Assembly (NCBI RefSeq): GCF_009914755.1
Contig: NC_060932.1
Direction: 5' to 3' (one strand)
Source: the human T2T-CHM13v2.0 reference genome, Homo sapiens
DNA: 64,000 bases
The position numbers and the translations under genes were made by a program. This document shows, piece by piece, positions 38,151-52,903 of this stretch (the stretch's first letter is position 1; every line of letters starts with the position of its first letter). The notes beneath the pieces are model-generated. The model was not told where the DNA came from. It saw only the letters and a list, made by a program, of their open reading frames with translations, and searched no databases.

Positions 38151-41100
38151 TAATCTCAGAAACATGTTTATGCTGTATCTACTCAACTAACTGTGCTGAA
38201 CATTTCTATTGATAGAGCAGTTTTGAGACACTCTTCTTTTGGAATCTGCAAGTGGATATTTGGATAGATTTGAGGATTTCGTTGGAAACGGGATTATATA
38301 TAAAAAGTAGACAGCAGCATTCTCAGAAACTTCTTTGTGATGTTTGCATCCAGCTCTCAGAGTTGAACATTCCCTTTCATAGAGTAGGTTTGAAACCCTC
38401 TTTTTATAGTGTCTGGAAGCGGGCATTTGGAGCGCTTTCAGGCCTATGCTTAAAATAGGAAATATCTACCTACAGAAACTAGACAGAAGCATTCTGAGAA
38501 TCACGTTTGTGATGTGGGTACTCAACTAACAGTGTTGATCCATTCTTTTGATACAGCAGTTTTGAACCACACTTTTTGTAGAATCTGCAAGAGGATATTT
38601 GGATAGCTGTGAGGATTTCGTTGGAAACGGGAATGTCTTCAAAGAAAATCTAGACAGAAGCATTCTCAGAAACACCTTCGTGATGTTTGCAATCAAGTCA
38701 CAGAGTTGAACCTTCCGTTTCATAGAGCAGGTTGGAAACACTCTTATTGTAGTATCTGGAAGTGGACATTTGGAGCGCTTTCAGGCCTATGGTGAAAAAG
38801 GAAATATCTTCCCATAAAAACGACATAGAAGCTATCTCAGGAACTTGTTTATGATGCATCTAATCAACTAACAGTGTTGAACCTTTGTACTGACAGAGCA
38901 GTTTGAAACACTCTTTTTTTGGAATCTGCAAGTGGATATTTGGATCGCTTTGAGGATTTCGTTGGAAACGGGATGCAATATAAAACGTACACAGCAGCAT
39001 ACTCAGAAAATACTTTGCCATATTTCCATTCAAGTCAGAGAGTGGAACATTCCCATTCATAGAGCAGGTTTGAAACACTCTTTTTGGAGTATCTGGAAGT
39101 GGACATTTGGAGCGCTTTCGGAACTATGGTGAAAAAGGAAATATCTTCCAATGAAAACAAGACAGAAGCATTCTGAGAAACTTATTTGTGATGTGTGTCC
39201 TCAACAAACGGACTTGAACCTTTCGTTTCATGCAGTACTTCTGGAACACTCTTTTTGAAGATTCTGCATGCGGATATTTGGATAGCTTTGAGGATTTCGT
39301 TGGAAACGGGCTTACATGTAAAAATTAGACAGCAGCATTCTCAGAAACTTCTTTGTGGTGTCTGCATTCAAGTCACAGAATTGAACTTCCCCTCACATAG
39401 AGCAGTTGTGCAGCACTCTATTTGTAGTATCTGGAAGTGGACATTTGGAGGGCTTTGTAGCCTATCTGGAAAAAGGAAATATCTTCCCATGAATGCGAGA
39501 TAGAAGTAATCTCAGAAACATGTTTATGCTGTATCTACTCAACTAACTGTGCTGAACATTTCTATTGATAGAGCAGTTTTCAGACACTCTTCTTTTGGAA
39601 TCTGCAAGTGGATATTTGGATAGATTTGAGGATTTCGTTGGAAACGGGATTATATATAAAAAGTAGACAGCAGCATTCTCAGAAACTTCTTTGTGATGTT
39701 TGCATCCAGCTCTCAGAGTTGAACATTCCCTTTCATAGAGTAGGTTTGAAACCCTCTTTTTATAGTGTCTGGAAGCGGGCATTTGGAGCGCTTTCAGGCC
39801 TATGCTTAAAATAGGAAATATCTACCTACAGGAACTAGACAGAAGCATTCTGAGAATCACGTTTGTGATGTGGGTACTCAACTAACAGTGTTGATCCATT
39901 CTTTTGATACAGCAGTTTTGAACCACACTTTTTGTAGAATCTGCAAGAGGATATTTGGATAGCTGTGAGGATTTCGTTGGAAACGGGAATGTCTTCAAAG
40001 AAAATCTAGACAGAAGCATTCTCAGAAACACCTTCGTGATGTTTGCAATCAAGTCACAGAGTTGAACCTTCCGTTTCATAGAGCAGGTTGGAAACACTCT
40101 TATTGTAGTATCTGGAAGTGGACATTTGGAGCGCTTTCAGGCCTATGGTGAAAAAGGAAATATCTTCCCATAAAAACGACATAGAAGCTATCTCAGGAAC
40201 TTGTTTATGATGCATCTAATCAACTAACAGTGTTGAACCTTTGTACTGACAGAGCAGTTTGAAACACTCTTTTTTTGGAATCTGCAAGTGGATATTTGGA
40301 TCGCTTTGAGGATTTCGTTGGAAACGGGATGCAATATAAAACGTACACAGCAGCATACTCAGAAAATACTTTGCCATATTTCCATTCAAGTCACAGAGTG
40401 GAACATTCCCATTCATAGAGCAGGTTTGAAACACTCTTTTTGGAGTATCTGGAAGTGGACATTTGGAGCGCTTTCTGAACTATGGTGAAAAAGGAAATAT
40501 CTTCCAATGAAAACAAGACAGAAGCATTCTGAGAAACTTATTTGTGATGTGTGTCCTCAACAAACGGACTTGAACCTTTCGTTTCATGCAGTACTTCTGG
40601 AACACTCTTTTTGAAGATTCTGCATGCGGATATTTGGATAGCTTTGAGGATTTCGTTGGAAACGGGCTTACATGTAAAAATTAGACAGCAGCATTCTCAG
40701 AAACTTCTTTGTGGTGTCTGCATTCAAGTCACAGAATTGAACTTCCCCTCACATAGAGCAGTTGTGCAGCACTCTATTTGTAGTATCTGGAAGTGGACAT
40801 TTGGAGGGCTTTGTAGCCTATCTGGAAAAAGGAAATATCTTCCCATGAATGCGAGATAGAAGTAATCTCAGAAACATGTTTATGCTGTATCTACTCAACT
40901 AACTGTGCTGAACATTTCTATTGATAGAGCAGTTTTGAGACACTCTTCTTTTGGAATCTGCAAGTGGATATTTGGATAGATTTGAGGATTTCGTTGGAAA
41001 CGGGATTATATATCAAAAGTAGACAGCAGCATTCTCAGAAACTTCTTTGTGATGTTTGCATCCAGCTCTCAGAGTTGAACATTCCCTTTCATAGAGTAGG

Positions 41101-42218
41101 TTTGAAACCCTCTTTTTATAGTGTCTGGAAGCGGGCATTTGGAGCGCTTTCAGGCCTATGCTTAAAATAGGAAATATCTACCTACAGAAACTAGACAGAA
41201 GCATTCTGAGAATCACGTTTGTGATGTGGGTACTCAACTAACAGTGTTGATCCATTCTTTTGATACAGCAGTTTTGAACCACACTTTTTGTAGAATCTGC
41301 AAGAGGATATTTGGATAGCTGTGAGGATTTCGTTGGAAACGGGAATGTCTTCAAAGAAAATCTAGACAGAAGCATTCTCAGAAACACCTTCGTGATGTTT
41401 GCAATCAAGTCACAGAGTTGAACCTTCCGTTTCATAGAGCAGGTTGGAAACACTCTTATTGTAGTATCTGGAAGTGGACATTTGGAGCGCTTTCAGGCCT
41501 ATGGTGAAAAAGGAAATATCTTCCCATAAAAACGACATAGAAGCTATCTCAGGAACTTGTTTATGATGCATCTAATCAACTAACAGTGTTGAACCTTTGT
41601 ACTGACAGAGCAGTTTGAAACACTCTTTTTTTGGAATCTGCAAGTGGATATTTGGATCGCTTTGAGGATTTCGTTGGAAACGGGATGCAATATAAAACGT
41701 ACACAGCAGCATACTCAGAAAATACTTTGCCATATTTCCATTCAAGTCACAGAGTGGAACATTCCCATTCATAGAGCAGGTTGGAAACACTCTTTTTGGA
41801 GTATCTGGAAGTGGACATTTGGAGCGCTTTCTGAACTATGGTGAAAAAGGAAATATCTTCCAATGAAAACAAGACAGAAGCATTCTGAGAAACTTATTTG
41901 TGATGTCTGTCCTCAACAAACGGACTTGAACCTTTCGTTTCATGCAGTACTTCTGGAACACTCTTTTTGAAGATTCTGCATGCGGATATTTGGATAGCTT
42001 TGAGGATTTCGTTGGAAACGGGCTTACATGTAAAAATTAGACAGCAGCATTCTCAGAAACTTCTTTGTGGTGTCTGCATTCAAGTCACAGAATTGAACTT
42101 CCCCTCACATAGAGCAGTTGTGCAGCACTCTATTTGTAGTATCTCGAAGTGGACATTTGGAGGGCTTTGTAGCCTATCTGGAAAAAGGAAATATCTTCCC
42201 ATGAATGCGAGATAGAAG
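38151..42218 (+). repeat. 3 x 8-mer HOR
   Basis: 38252->42320 = 3 x 1356. Confidence 0.96.
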
Positions 42219-43411
42219 TAATCTCAGAAACATGTTTATGCTGTATCTTCTCAACTAACTGTGCTGAACATTTCTATTGATAGAGCAGTTTTGAGACACT
42301 CTTCTTTTGGAATCTGCAAGTGGATATTTGGATAGATTTGAGGATTTCGTTGGAAACGGGATTATATATAAAAAGTAGACAGCAGCATTCTCAGAAACTT
42401 CTTTGTGATGTTTGCATCCAGCTCTCAGAGTTGAACATTCCCTTTCATAGAGTAGGTTTGAAACCCTCTTTTTATAGTGTCTGGAAGCGGGCATTTGGAG
42501 CGCTTTCAGGCCTATGCTGAAAAAGGAAATATCTACCTATAGAAACTAGACAGAAGCATTCTGAGAATCACGTTTGTGATGTGGGTACTCAACTAACAGT
42601 GTTGATCCATTCTTTTGATACAGCAGTTTTGAACCACACTTTTTGTAGAATCTGCAAGTGGATATTTGGATAGCTGTGAGGATTTCGTTGGAAACGGGAA
42701 TGTCTTCATAGAAAATTTAGACAGAAGCATTCTCAGAACCTTGATTGTGGTGTGTGTTCTCCACTAACAGAGTTGAACCTTTCTTTTGACAGAACTGTTC
42801 TGAAACATTCTTTTTATAGAATCTGGAAGTGGATATTTGGAAAGCTTTGAGGATTTCATTGGAAACGGGAATATCTTCAAATAAAATCTAGCCAGAAGCA
42901 TTCTAAGAAACATCTTAGGGATGTTTACATTCAAGTCACAGAGTTGAACATTCCCTTTCACAGAGCAGGTTTGAAACAATCTTCTCGTACTATCTGGCAG
43001 TGGACATTTTGAGCTCCTTGGGGCCTATGCTGAAAAAGGAAATATCTTCCGACAAAAACTAGACAGAAGCATTCGCAGAATCACGTTTGTGATGTGTGCA
43101 CTCAACTGTCAGAATTGAACCTTGGTTTGGACAGAGCACTTTTGAAACACTCTTTTTGTAGAATCTGCAGGTGGATATTTGGCTAGCTTTGAGGATTTCG
43201 TTGGAAACGGTAATGTCTTCAAAGAAAATCTAGACAGAAGCATTCTCAGAAACACCTTCGTGATGTTTGCAATCAAGTCACAGAGTTGAACCTTCCGTTT
43301 CATAGAGCAGGTTGGAAACACTCTTTTTGTAGTATCTGGAAGTGGACATTTGGAGGGCTTTGTAGCCTATCTGGAAAAAGGAAATATCTTCCCATGAATG
43401 CGAGATAGAAG
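42219..43411 (+). repeat. 7-mer HOR, right lineage
   Basis: 42320->43513; same right-lineage markers. Confidence 0.95.
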
Positions 43412-46400
43412 TAATCTCAGAAACACGTTTATGCTGTATCTACTCAACTAACTGTGCTGAACATTTCTATTGATAGAGCAGTTTTGAGACACTCTTCTTT
43501 TGGAATCTGCAAGTGGATATTTGGATAGATTTGAGGATTTCGTTGGAAACGGGATTATATATAAAAAGTAGACAGCAGCATTCTCAGAAACTTCTTTGTG
43601 ATGTTTGCATCCAGCTCTCAGAGTTGAACATTCCCTTTCATAGAGTAGGTTTGAAACCCTCTTTTTATAGTGTCTGGAAGCGGGCATTTGGAGCGCTTTC
43701 AGGCCTATGCTTAAAATAGGAAATATCTACCTACAGAAACTAGACAGAAGCATTCTGAGAATCACGTTTGTGATGTGGGTACTCAACTAACAGTGTTGAT
43801 CTATTCTTTTGATACAGCAGTTTTGAACCACACTTTTTGTAGAATCTGCAAGAGGATATTTGGATAGCTGTGAGGATTTCGTTGGAAACGGGAATGTCTT
43901 CAAAGAAAATCTAGACAGAAGCATTCTCAGAAATACCTTCGTGATGTTTGCAATCAAGTCACAGAGTTGAACCTTCCGTTTCATAGAGCAGGTTGGAAAC
44001 ACTCTTATTGTAGTATCTGGAAGTGGACATTTGGAGCGCTTTCAGGCCTATGGTGAAAAAGGAAATATCTTCCCATAAAAACGATATAGAAGCTATCTCA
44101 GGAACTTGTTTATGATGCATCTAATCAACTAACAGTGTTGAACTTTTGTACTGACAGAGCAGTTTGAAACACTCTTTTTTTGGAATCTGCAAGTGGATAT
44201 TTGGATCGCTTTGAGGATTTCGTTGGAAACGGGATGCAATATAAAACGTACACAGCAGCATACTCAGAAAATACTTTGCCATATTTCCATTCAAGTCACA
44301 GAGTGGAACATTCCCATTCATAGAGCAGGTTTGAAACACTCTTTTTGGAGTATCTGGAAGTGGACATTTGGAGCGCTTTCTGAACTATGGTGAAAAAGGA
44401 AATATCTTCCAATGAAAACAAGACAGAAGCATTCTGAGAAACTTATTTGTGATGTGTGTCCTCAACAAACGGACTTGAACCTTTCGTTTCATGCAGTACT
44501 TCTGGAACACTCTTTTTGAAGATTCTGCATGCGGATATTTGGATAGCTTTGAGGATTTCGTTGGAAACGGGCTTACATGTAAAAATTAGACAGCAGCATT
44601 CTCAGAAACTTCTTTGTGGTGTCTGCATTCAAGTCACAGAATTGAACTTCCCCTCACATAGAGCAGTTGTGCAGCACTCTATTTGTAGTATCTGGAAGTG
44701 GACATTTGGAGGGCTTTGTAGCCTATCTGGAAAAAGGAAATATCTTCCCATGAATGCGAGATAGAAGTAATCTCAGAAACATGTTTATGCTGTATCTACT
44801 CAACTAACTGTGCTGAACATTTCTATTGATAGAGCAGTTTTGAGACACTCTTCTTTTGGAATCTGCAAGTGGATATTTGGATAGATTTGAGGATTTCGTT
44901 GGAAACGGGATTATATATAAAAAGTAGACAGCAGCATTCTCAGAAACTTCTTTGTGATGTTTGCATCCAGCTCTCAGAGTTGAACATTCCCTTTCATAGA
45001 GTAGGTTTGAAACCCTCTTTTTATAGTGTCTGCAAGCGGGCATTTGGAGCGCTTTCAGGCCTATGCTTAAAATAGGAAATATCTACCTACAGAAACTAGA
45101 CAGAAGCATTCTGAGAATCACGTTTGTGATGTGGGTACTCAACTAACAGTGTTGATCCATTCTTTTGATACAGCAGTTTTGAACCACACTTTTTGTAGAA
45201 TCTGCAAGAGGATATTTGGATAGCTGTGAGGATTTCGTTGGAAACGGGAATGTCTTCAAAGAAAATCTAGACAGAAGCATTCTCAGAAACACCTTCGTGA
45301 TGTTTGCAATCAAGTCACAGAGTTGAACCTTCCGTTTCATAGAGCAGGTTGGAAACACTCTTATTGTAGTATCTGGAAGTGGACATTTGGAGCGCTTTCA
45401 GGCCTATGGTGAAAAAGGAAATATCTTCCCATAAAAACGACATAGAAGCTATCTCAGGAACTTGTTTATGATGCATCTAATCAACTAACAGTGTTGAACC
45501 TTTGTACTGACAGAGCAGTTTGAAACACTCTTTTTTTGGAATCTGCAAGTGGATATTTGGATCGCTTTGAGGATTTCGTTGGAAACGGGATGCAATATAA
45601 AACGTACACAGCAGCATACTCAGAAAATACTTTGCCATATTTCCATTCAAGTCACAGAGTGGAACATTCCCATTCATAGAGCAGGTTTGAAACACTCTTT
45701 TTGGAGTATCTGGAAGTGGACATTTGGAGCGCTTTCTGAACTATGGTGAAAAAGGAAATATCTTCCAATGAAAACAAGACAGAAGCATTCTGAGAAACTT
45801 ATTTGTGATGTGTGTCCTCAACAAACGGACTTGAACCTTTCGTTTCATGCAGTACTTCTGGAACACTCTTTTTGAAGATTCTGCATGCGGATATTTGGAT
45901 AGCTTTGAGGATTTCGTTGGAAACGGGCTTACATGTAAAAATTAGACAGCAGCATTCTCAGAAACTTCTTTGTGGTGTCTGCATTCAAGTCACAGAATTG
46001 AACTTCCCCTCACATAGAGCAGTTGTGCAGCACTCTATTTGTAGTATCTGGAAGTGGACATTTGGAGGGCTTTGTAGCCTATCTGGAAAAAGGAAATATC
46101 TTCCCATGAATGCGAGATAGAAGTAATCTCAGAAACATGTTTATGCTGTATCTACTCAACTAACTGTGCTGAACATTTCTATTTATAGAGCAGTTTTGAG
46201 ACACTCTTCTTTTGGAATCTGCAAGTGGATATTTGGATAGATTTGAGGATTTCGTTGGAAACGGGATTATATATCAAAAGTAGACAGCAGCATTCTCAGA
46301 AACTTCTTTGTGATGTTTGCATCCAGCTCTCAGAGTTGAACATTCCCTTTCATAGAGTAGGTTTGAAACCCTCTTTTTATAGTGTCTGCAAGCGGGCATT

Positions 46401-49400
46401 TGGAGCGCTTTCAGGCCTATGCTTAAAATAGGAAATATCTACCTACAGAAACTAGACAGAAGCATTCTGAGAATCACGTTTGTGATGTGGGTACTCAACT
46501 AACAGTGTTGATCCTTTCTTTTGATACAGCAGTTTTGAACCACACTTTTTGTAGAATCTGCAAGAGGATATTTGGATAGCTGTGAGGATTTCGTTGGAAA
46601 CGGGAATGTCTTCAAAGAAAATCTAGACAGAAGCATTCTCAGAAACACCTTCGTGATGTTTGCAATCAAGTCACAGAGTTGAACCTTCCGTTTCATAGAG
46701 CAGGTTGGAAACACTCTTATTGTAGTATCTGGAAGTGGACATTTGGAGCGCTTTCAGGCCTATGGTGAAAAAGGAAATATCTTCCCATAAAAACGACATA
46801 GAAGCTATCTCAGGAACTTGTTTATGATGCATCTAATCAACTAACAGTGTTGAACCTTTGTACTGACAGAGCAGTTTGAAACACTCTTTTTTTGGAATCT
46901 GCAAGTGGATATTTGGATCGCTTTGAGGATTTCGTTGGAAACGGGATGCAATATAAAACGTACACAGCAGCATACTCAGAAAATACTTTGCCATATTTCC
47001 ATTCAAGTCACAGAGTGGAACATTCCCATTCATAGAGCAGGTTTGAAACACTCTTTTTGGAGTATCTGGAAGTGGACATTTGGAGCGCTTTCTGAACTAT
47101 GGTGAAAAAGGAAATATCTTCCAATGAAAACAAGACAGAAGCATTCTGAGAAACTTATTTGTGATGTGTGTCCTCAACAAACGGACTTGAACCTTTCGTT
47201 TCATGCAGTACTTCTTGAACACTCTTTTTGAAGATTCTGCATGCGGATATTTGGATAGCTTTGAGGATTTCGTTGGCAACGGGCTTACATGTAAAAATTA
47301 GACAGCAGCATTCTCAGAAACTTCTTTGTGGTGTCTGCATTCAAGTCACAGAATTGAACTTCCCCTCACATAGAGCAGTTGTGCAGCACTCTATTTGTAG
47401 TATCTGGAAGTGGACATTTGGAGGGCTTTGTAGCCTATCTGGAAAAAGGAAATATCTTCCCATGAATGCGAGATAGAAGTAATCTCAGAAACATGTTTAT
47501 GCTGTATCTACTCAACTAACTGTGCTGAACATTTCTATTGATAGAGCAGTTTTGAGACACTCTTCTTTTGGAATCTGCAAGTGGATATTTGGATAGATTT
47601 GAGGATTTCGTTGGAAACGGGATTATATATCAAAAGTAGACAGCAGCATTCTCAGAAACTTCTTTGTGATGTTTGCATCCAGCTCTCAGAGTTGAACATT
47701 CCCTTTCATAGAGTAGGTTTGAAACCCTCTTTTTATAGTGTCTGCAAGCGGGCATTTGGAGCGCTTTCAGGCCTATGCTTAAAATAGGAAATATCTACCT
47801 ACAGAAACTAGACAGAAGCATTCTGAGAATCACGTTTGTGATGTGGGTACTCAACTAACAGTGTTGATCCATTCTTTTGATACAGCAGTTTTGAACCACA
47901 CTTTTTGTAGAATCTGCAAGAGGATATTTGGATAGCTGTGAGGATTTCGTTGGAAACGGGAATGTCTTCAAAGAAAATCTAGACAGAAGCATTCTCAGAA
48001 ACACCTTCGTGATGTTTGCAATCAAGTCACAGAGTTGAACCTTCCGTTTCATAGAGCAGGTTGGAAACACTCTTATTGTAGTATCTGGAAGTGGACATTT
48101 GGAGCGCTTTCAGGCCTATGGTGAAAAAGGAAATATCTTCCCATAAAAACGACATAGAAGCTATCTCAGGAACTTGTTTATGATGCATCTAATCAACTAA
48201 CAGTGTTGAACCTTTGTACTGACAGAGCAGTTTGAAACACTCTTTTTTTGGAATCTGCAAGTGGATATTTGGATCGCTTTGAGGATTTCGTTGGAAACGG
48301 GATGCAATATAAAACGTACACAGCAGCATACTCAGAAAATACTTTGCCATATTTCCATTCAAGTCAGAGAGTGGAACATTCCCATTCATAGAGCAGGTTT
48401 GAAACACTCTTTTTGGAGTATCTGGAAGTGGACATTTGGAGCGCTTTCTGAACTATGGTGAAAAAGGAAATATCTTCCAATGAAAACAAGACAGAAGCAT
48501 TCTGAGAAACTTATTTGTGATGTGTGTCCTCAACAAACGGACTTGAACCTTTCGTTTCATGCAGTACTTCTGGAACACTCTTTTTGAAGATTCTGCATGC
48601 GGATATTTGGATAGCTTTGAGGATTTCGTTGGAAACGGGCTTACATGTAAAAATTAGACAGCAGCATTCTCAGAAACTTCTTTGTGGTGTCTGCATTCAA
48701 GTCACAGAATTGAACTTCCCCTCACATAGAGCAGTTGTGCAGCACTCTATTTGTAGTATCTGGAAGTGGACATTTGGAGGGCTTTGTAGCCTATCTGGAA
48801 AAAGGAAATATCTTCCCATGAATGCGAGATAGAAGTAATCTCAGAAACATGTTTATGCTGTATCTACTCAACTAACTGTGCTGAACATTTCTATTTATAG
48901 AGCAGTTTTGAGACACTCTTCTTTTGGAATCTGCAAGTGGATATTTGGATAGATTTGAGGATTTCGTTGGAAACGGGATTATATATCAAAAGTAGACAGC
49001 AGCATTCTCAGAAACTTCTTTGTGATGTTTGCATCCAGCTCTCAGAGTTGAACATTCCCTTTCATAGAGTAGGTTTGAAACCCTCTTTTTATAGTGTCTG
49101 GAAGCGGGCATTTGGAGCGCTTTCAGGCCTATGCTTAAAATAGGAAATATCTACCTACAGAAACTAGACAGAAGCATTCTGAGAATCACGTTTGTGATGT
49201 GGGTACTCAACTAACAGTGTTGATCCATTCTTTTGATACAGCAGTTTTGAACCACACTTTTTGTAGAATCTGCAAGTGGATATTTGGATAGCTGTGAGGA
49301 TTTCGTTGGAAACGGGAATGTCTTCAAAGAAAATCTAGACAGAAGCATTCTCAGAAACACCTTCGTGATGTTTGCAATCAAGTCACAGAGTTGAACCTTC

Positions 49401-52400
49401 CGTTTCATAGAGCAGGTTGGAAACACTCTTATTGTAGTATCTGGAAGTGGACATTTGGAGCGCTTTCAGGCCTATGGTGAAAAAGGAAATATCTTCCCAT
49501 AAAAACGACATAGAAGCTATCTCAGGAACTTGTTTATGATGCATCTAATCAACTAACAGTGTTGAACCTTTGTACTGACAGAGGAGTTTGAAACACTCTT
49601 TTTTTGGAATCTGCAAGTGGATATTTGGATCGCTTTGAGGATTTCGTTGGAAACGGGATGCAATATAAAACGTACACAGCAGCATACTCAGAAAATACTT
49701 TGCCATATTTCCATTCAAGTCAGAGAGTGGAACATTCCCATTCATAGAGCAGGTTGGAAACACTCTTTTTGGAGTATCTGGAAGTGGACATTTGGAGCGC
49801 TTTCTGAACTATGGTGAAAAAGGAAATATCTTCCAATGAAAACAAGACAGAAGCATTCTGAGAAACTTATTTGTGATGTGTGTCCTCAACAAACGGACTT
49901 GAACCTTTCGTTTCATGCAGTACTTCTGGAACACTCTTTTTGAAGATTCTGCATGCGGATATTTGGATAGCTTTGAGGATTTCGTTGGAAACGGGCTTAC
50001 ATGTAAAAATTAGACAGCAGCATTCTCAGAAACTTCTTTGTGGTGTCTGCATTCAAGTCACAGAATTGAACTTCCCCTCACATAGAGCAGTTGTGCAGCA
50101 CTCTATTTGTAGTATCTGGAAGTGGACATTTGGAGGGCTTTGTAGCCTATCTGGAAAAAGGAAATATCTTCCCATGAATGCGAGATAGAAGTAATCTCAG
50201 AAACATGTTTATGCTGTATCTACTCAACTAACTGTGCTGAACATTTCTATTGATAGAGCAGTTTTGAGACACTCTTCTTTTGGAATCTGCAAGTGGATAT
50301 TTGGATAGATTTGAGGATTTCGTTGGAAACGGGATTATATATCAAAAGTAGACAGCAGCATTCTCAGAAACTTCTTTGTGATGTTTGCATCCAGCTCTCA
50401 GAGTTGAACATTCCCTTTCATAGAGTAGGTTTGAAACCCTCTTTTTATAGTGTCTGCAAGCGGGCATTTGGAGCGCTTTCAGGCCTATGCTTAAAATAGG
50501 AAATATCTACCTACAGAAACTAGACAGAAGCATTCTGAGAATCACGTTTGTGATGTGGGTACTCAACTAACAGTGTTGATCCATTCTTTTGATACAGCAG
50601 TTTTGAACCACACTTTTTGTAGAATCTGCAAGTGGATATTTGGATAGCTGTGAGGATTTCGTTGGAAACGGGAATGTCTTCAAAGAAAATCTAGACAGAA
50701 GCATTCTCAGAAACACCTTCGTGATGTTTGCAATCAAGTCACAGAGTTGAACCTTCCGTTTCATAGAGCAGGTTGGAAACACTCTTATTGTAGTATCTGG
50801 AAGTGGACATTTGGAGCGCTTTCAGGCCTATGGTGAAAAAGGAAATATCTTCCCATAAAAACGACATAGAAGCTATCTCAGGAACTTGTTTATGATGCAT
50901 CTAATCAACTAACAGTGTTGAACCTTTGTACTGACAGAGGAGTTTGAAACACTCTTTTTTTGGAATCTGCAAGTGGATATTTGGATCGCTTTGAGGATTT
51001 CGTTGGAAAAGGGATGCAATATAAAACGTACACAGCAGCATACTCAGAAAATACTTTGCCATATTTCCATTCAAGTCAGAGAGTGGAACATTCCCATTCA
51101 TAGAGCAGGTTGGAAACACTCTTTTTGGAGTATCTGGAAGTGGACATTTGGAGCGCTTTCTGAACTATGGTGAAAAAGGAAATATCTTCCAATGAAAACA
51201 AGACAGAAGCATTCTGAGAAACTTATTTGTGATGTGTGTCCTCAACAAACGGACTTGAACCTTTCGTTTCATGCAGTACTTCTGGAACACTCTTTTTGAA
51301 GATTCTGCATGCGGATATTTGGATAGCTTTGAGGATTTCGTTGGAAACGGGCTTACATGTAAAAATTAGACAGCAGCATTCTCAGAAACTTCTTTGTGGT
51401 GTCTGCATTCAAGTCACAGAATTGAACTTCCCCTCACATAGAGCAGTTGTGCAGCACTCTATTTGTAGTATCTGGAAGTGGACATTTGGAGGGCTTTGTA
51501 GCCTATCTGGAAAAAGGAAATATCTTCCCATGAATGCGAGATAGAAGTAATCTCAGAAACATGTTTATGCTGTATCTACTCAACTAACTGTGCTGAACAT
51601 TTCTATTGATAGAGCAGTTTTGAGACACTCTTCTTTTGGAATCTGCAAGTGGATATTTGGATAGATTTGAGGATTTCGTTGGAAACGGGATTATATATAA
51701 AAAGTAGACAGCAGCATTCTCAGAAACTTCTTTGTGATGTTTGCATCCAGCTCTCAGAGTTGAACATTCCCTTTCATAGAGTAGGTTTGAAACCCTCTTT
51801 TTATAGTGTCTGCAAGCGGGCATTTGGAGCGCTTTCAGGCCTATGCTTAAAATAGGAAATATCTACCTACAGAAACTAGACAGAAGCATTCTGAGAATCA
51901 CGTTTGTGATGTGGGTACTCAACTAACAGTGTTGATCCATTCTTTTGATACAGCAGTTTTGAACCACACTTTTTGTAGAATCTGCAAGAGGATATTTGGA
52001 TAGCTGTGAGGATTTCGTTGGAAACGGGAATGTCTTCAAAGAAAATCTAGACAGAAGCATTCTCAGAAACACCTTCGTGATGTTTGCAATCAAGTCACAG
52101 AGTTGAACCTTCCGTTTCATAGAGCAGGTTGGAAACACTCTTATTGTAGTATCTGGAAGTGGACATTTGGAGCGCTTTCAGGCCTATGGTGAAAAAGGAA
52201 ATATCTTCCCATAAAAACGACATAGAAGCTATCTCAGGAACTTGTTTATGATGCATCTAATCAACTAACAGTGTTGAACCTTTGTACTGACAGAGCAGTT
52301 TGAAACACTCTTTTTTTGGAATCTGCAAGTGGATATTTGGATCGCTTTGAGGATTTCGTTGGAAACGGGATGCAATATAAAACGTACACAGCAGCATACT

Positions 52401-52903
52401 CAGAAAATACTTTGCCATATTTCCATTCAAGTCACAGAGTGGAACATTCCCATTCATAGAGCAGGTTTGAAACACTCTTTTTGGAGTATCTGGAAGTGGA
52501 CATTTGGAGCGCTTTCTGAACTATGGTGAAAAAGGAAATATCTTCCAATGAAAACAAGACAGAAGCATTCTGAGAAACTTATTTGTGATGTGTGTCCTCA
52601 ACAAACGGACTTGAACCTTTCGTTTCATGCAGTACTTCTGGAACACTCTTTTTGAAGATTCTGCATGCGGATATTTGGATAGCTTTGAGGATTTCGTTGG
52701 AAACGGGCTTACATGTAAAAATTAGACAGCAGCATTCTCAGAAACTTCTTTGTGGTGTCTGCATTCAAGTCACAGAATTGAACTTCCCCTCACATAGAGC
52801 AGTTGTGCAGCACTCTATTTGTAGTATCTCGAAGTGGACATTTGGAGGGCTTTGTAGCCTATCTGGAAAAAGGAAATATCTTCCCATGAATGCGAGATAG
52901 AAG
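43412..52903 (+). repeat. 7 x 8-mer HOR
   Basis: 43513->53005 = 7 x 1356. Confidence 0.96.

Noticed and set aside
47097-47279. Unique minus-strand ORF seen only once
   Set aside because: Produced by local SNPs (47216, 47277) in an ordinary m6/m7 segment; not new sequence.
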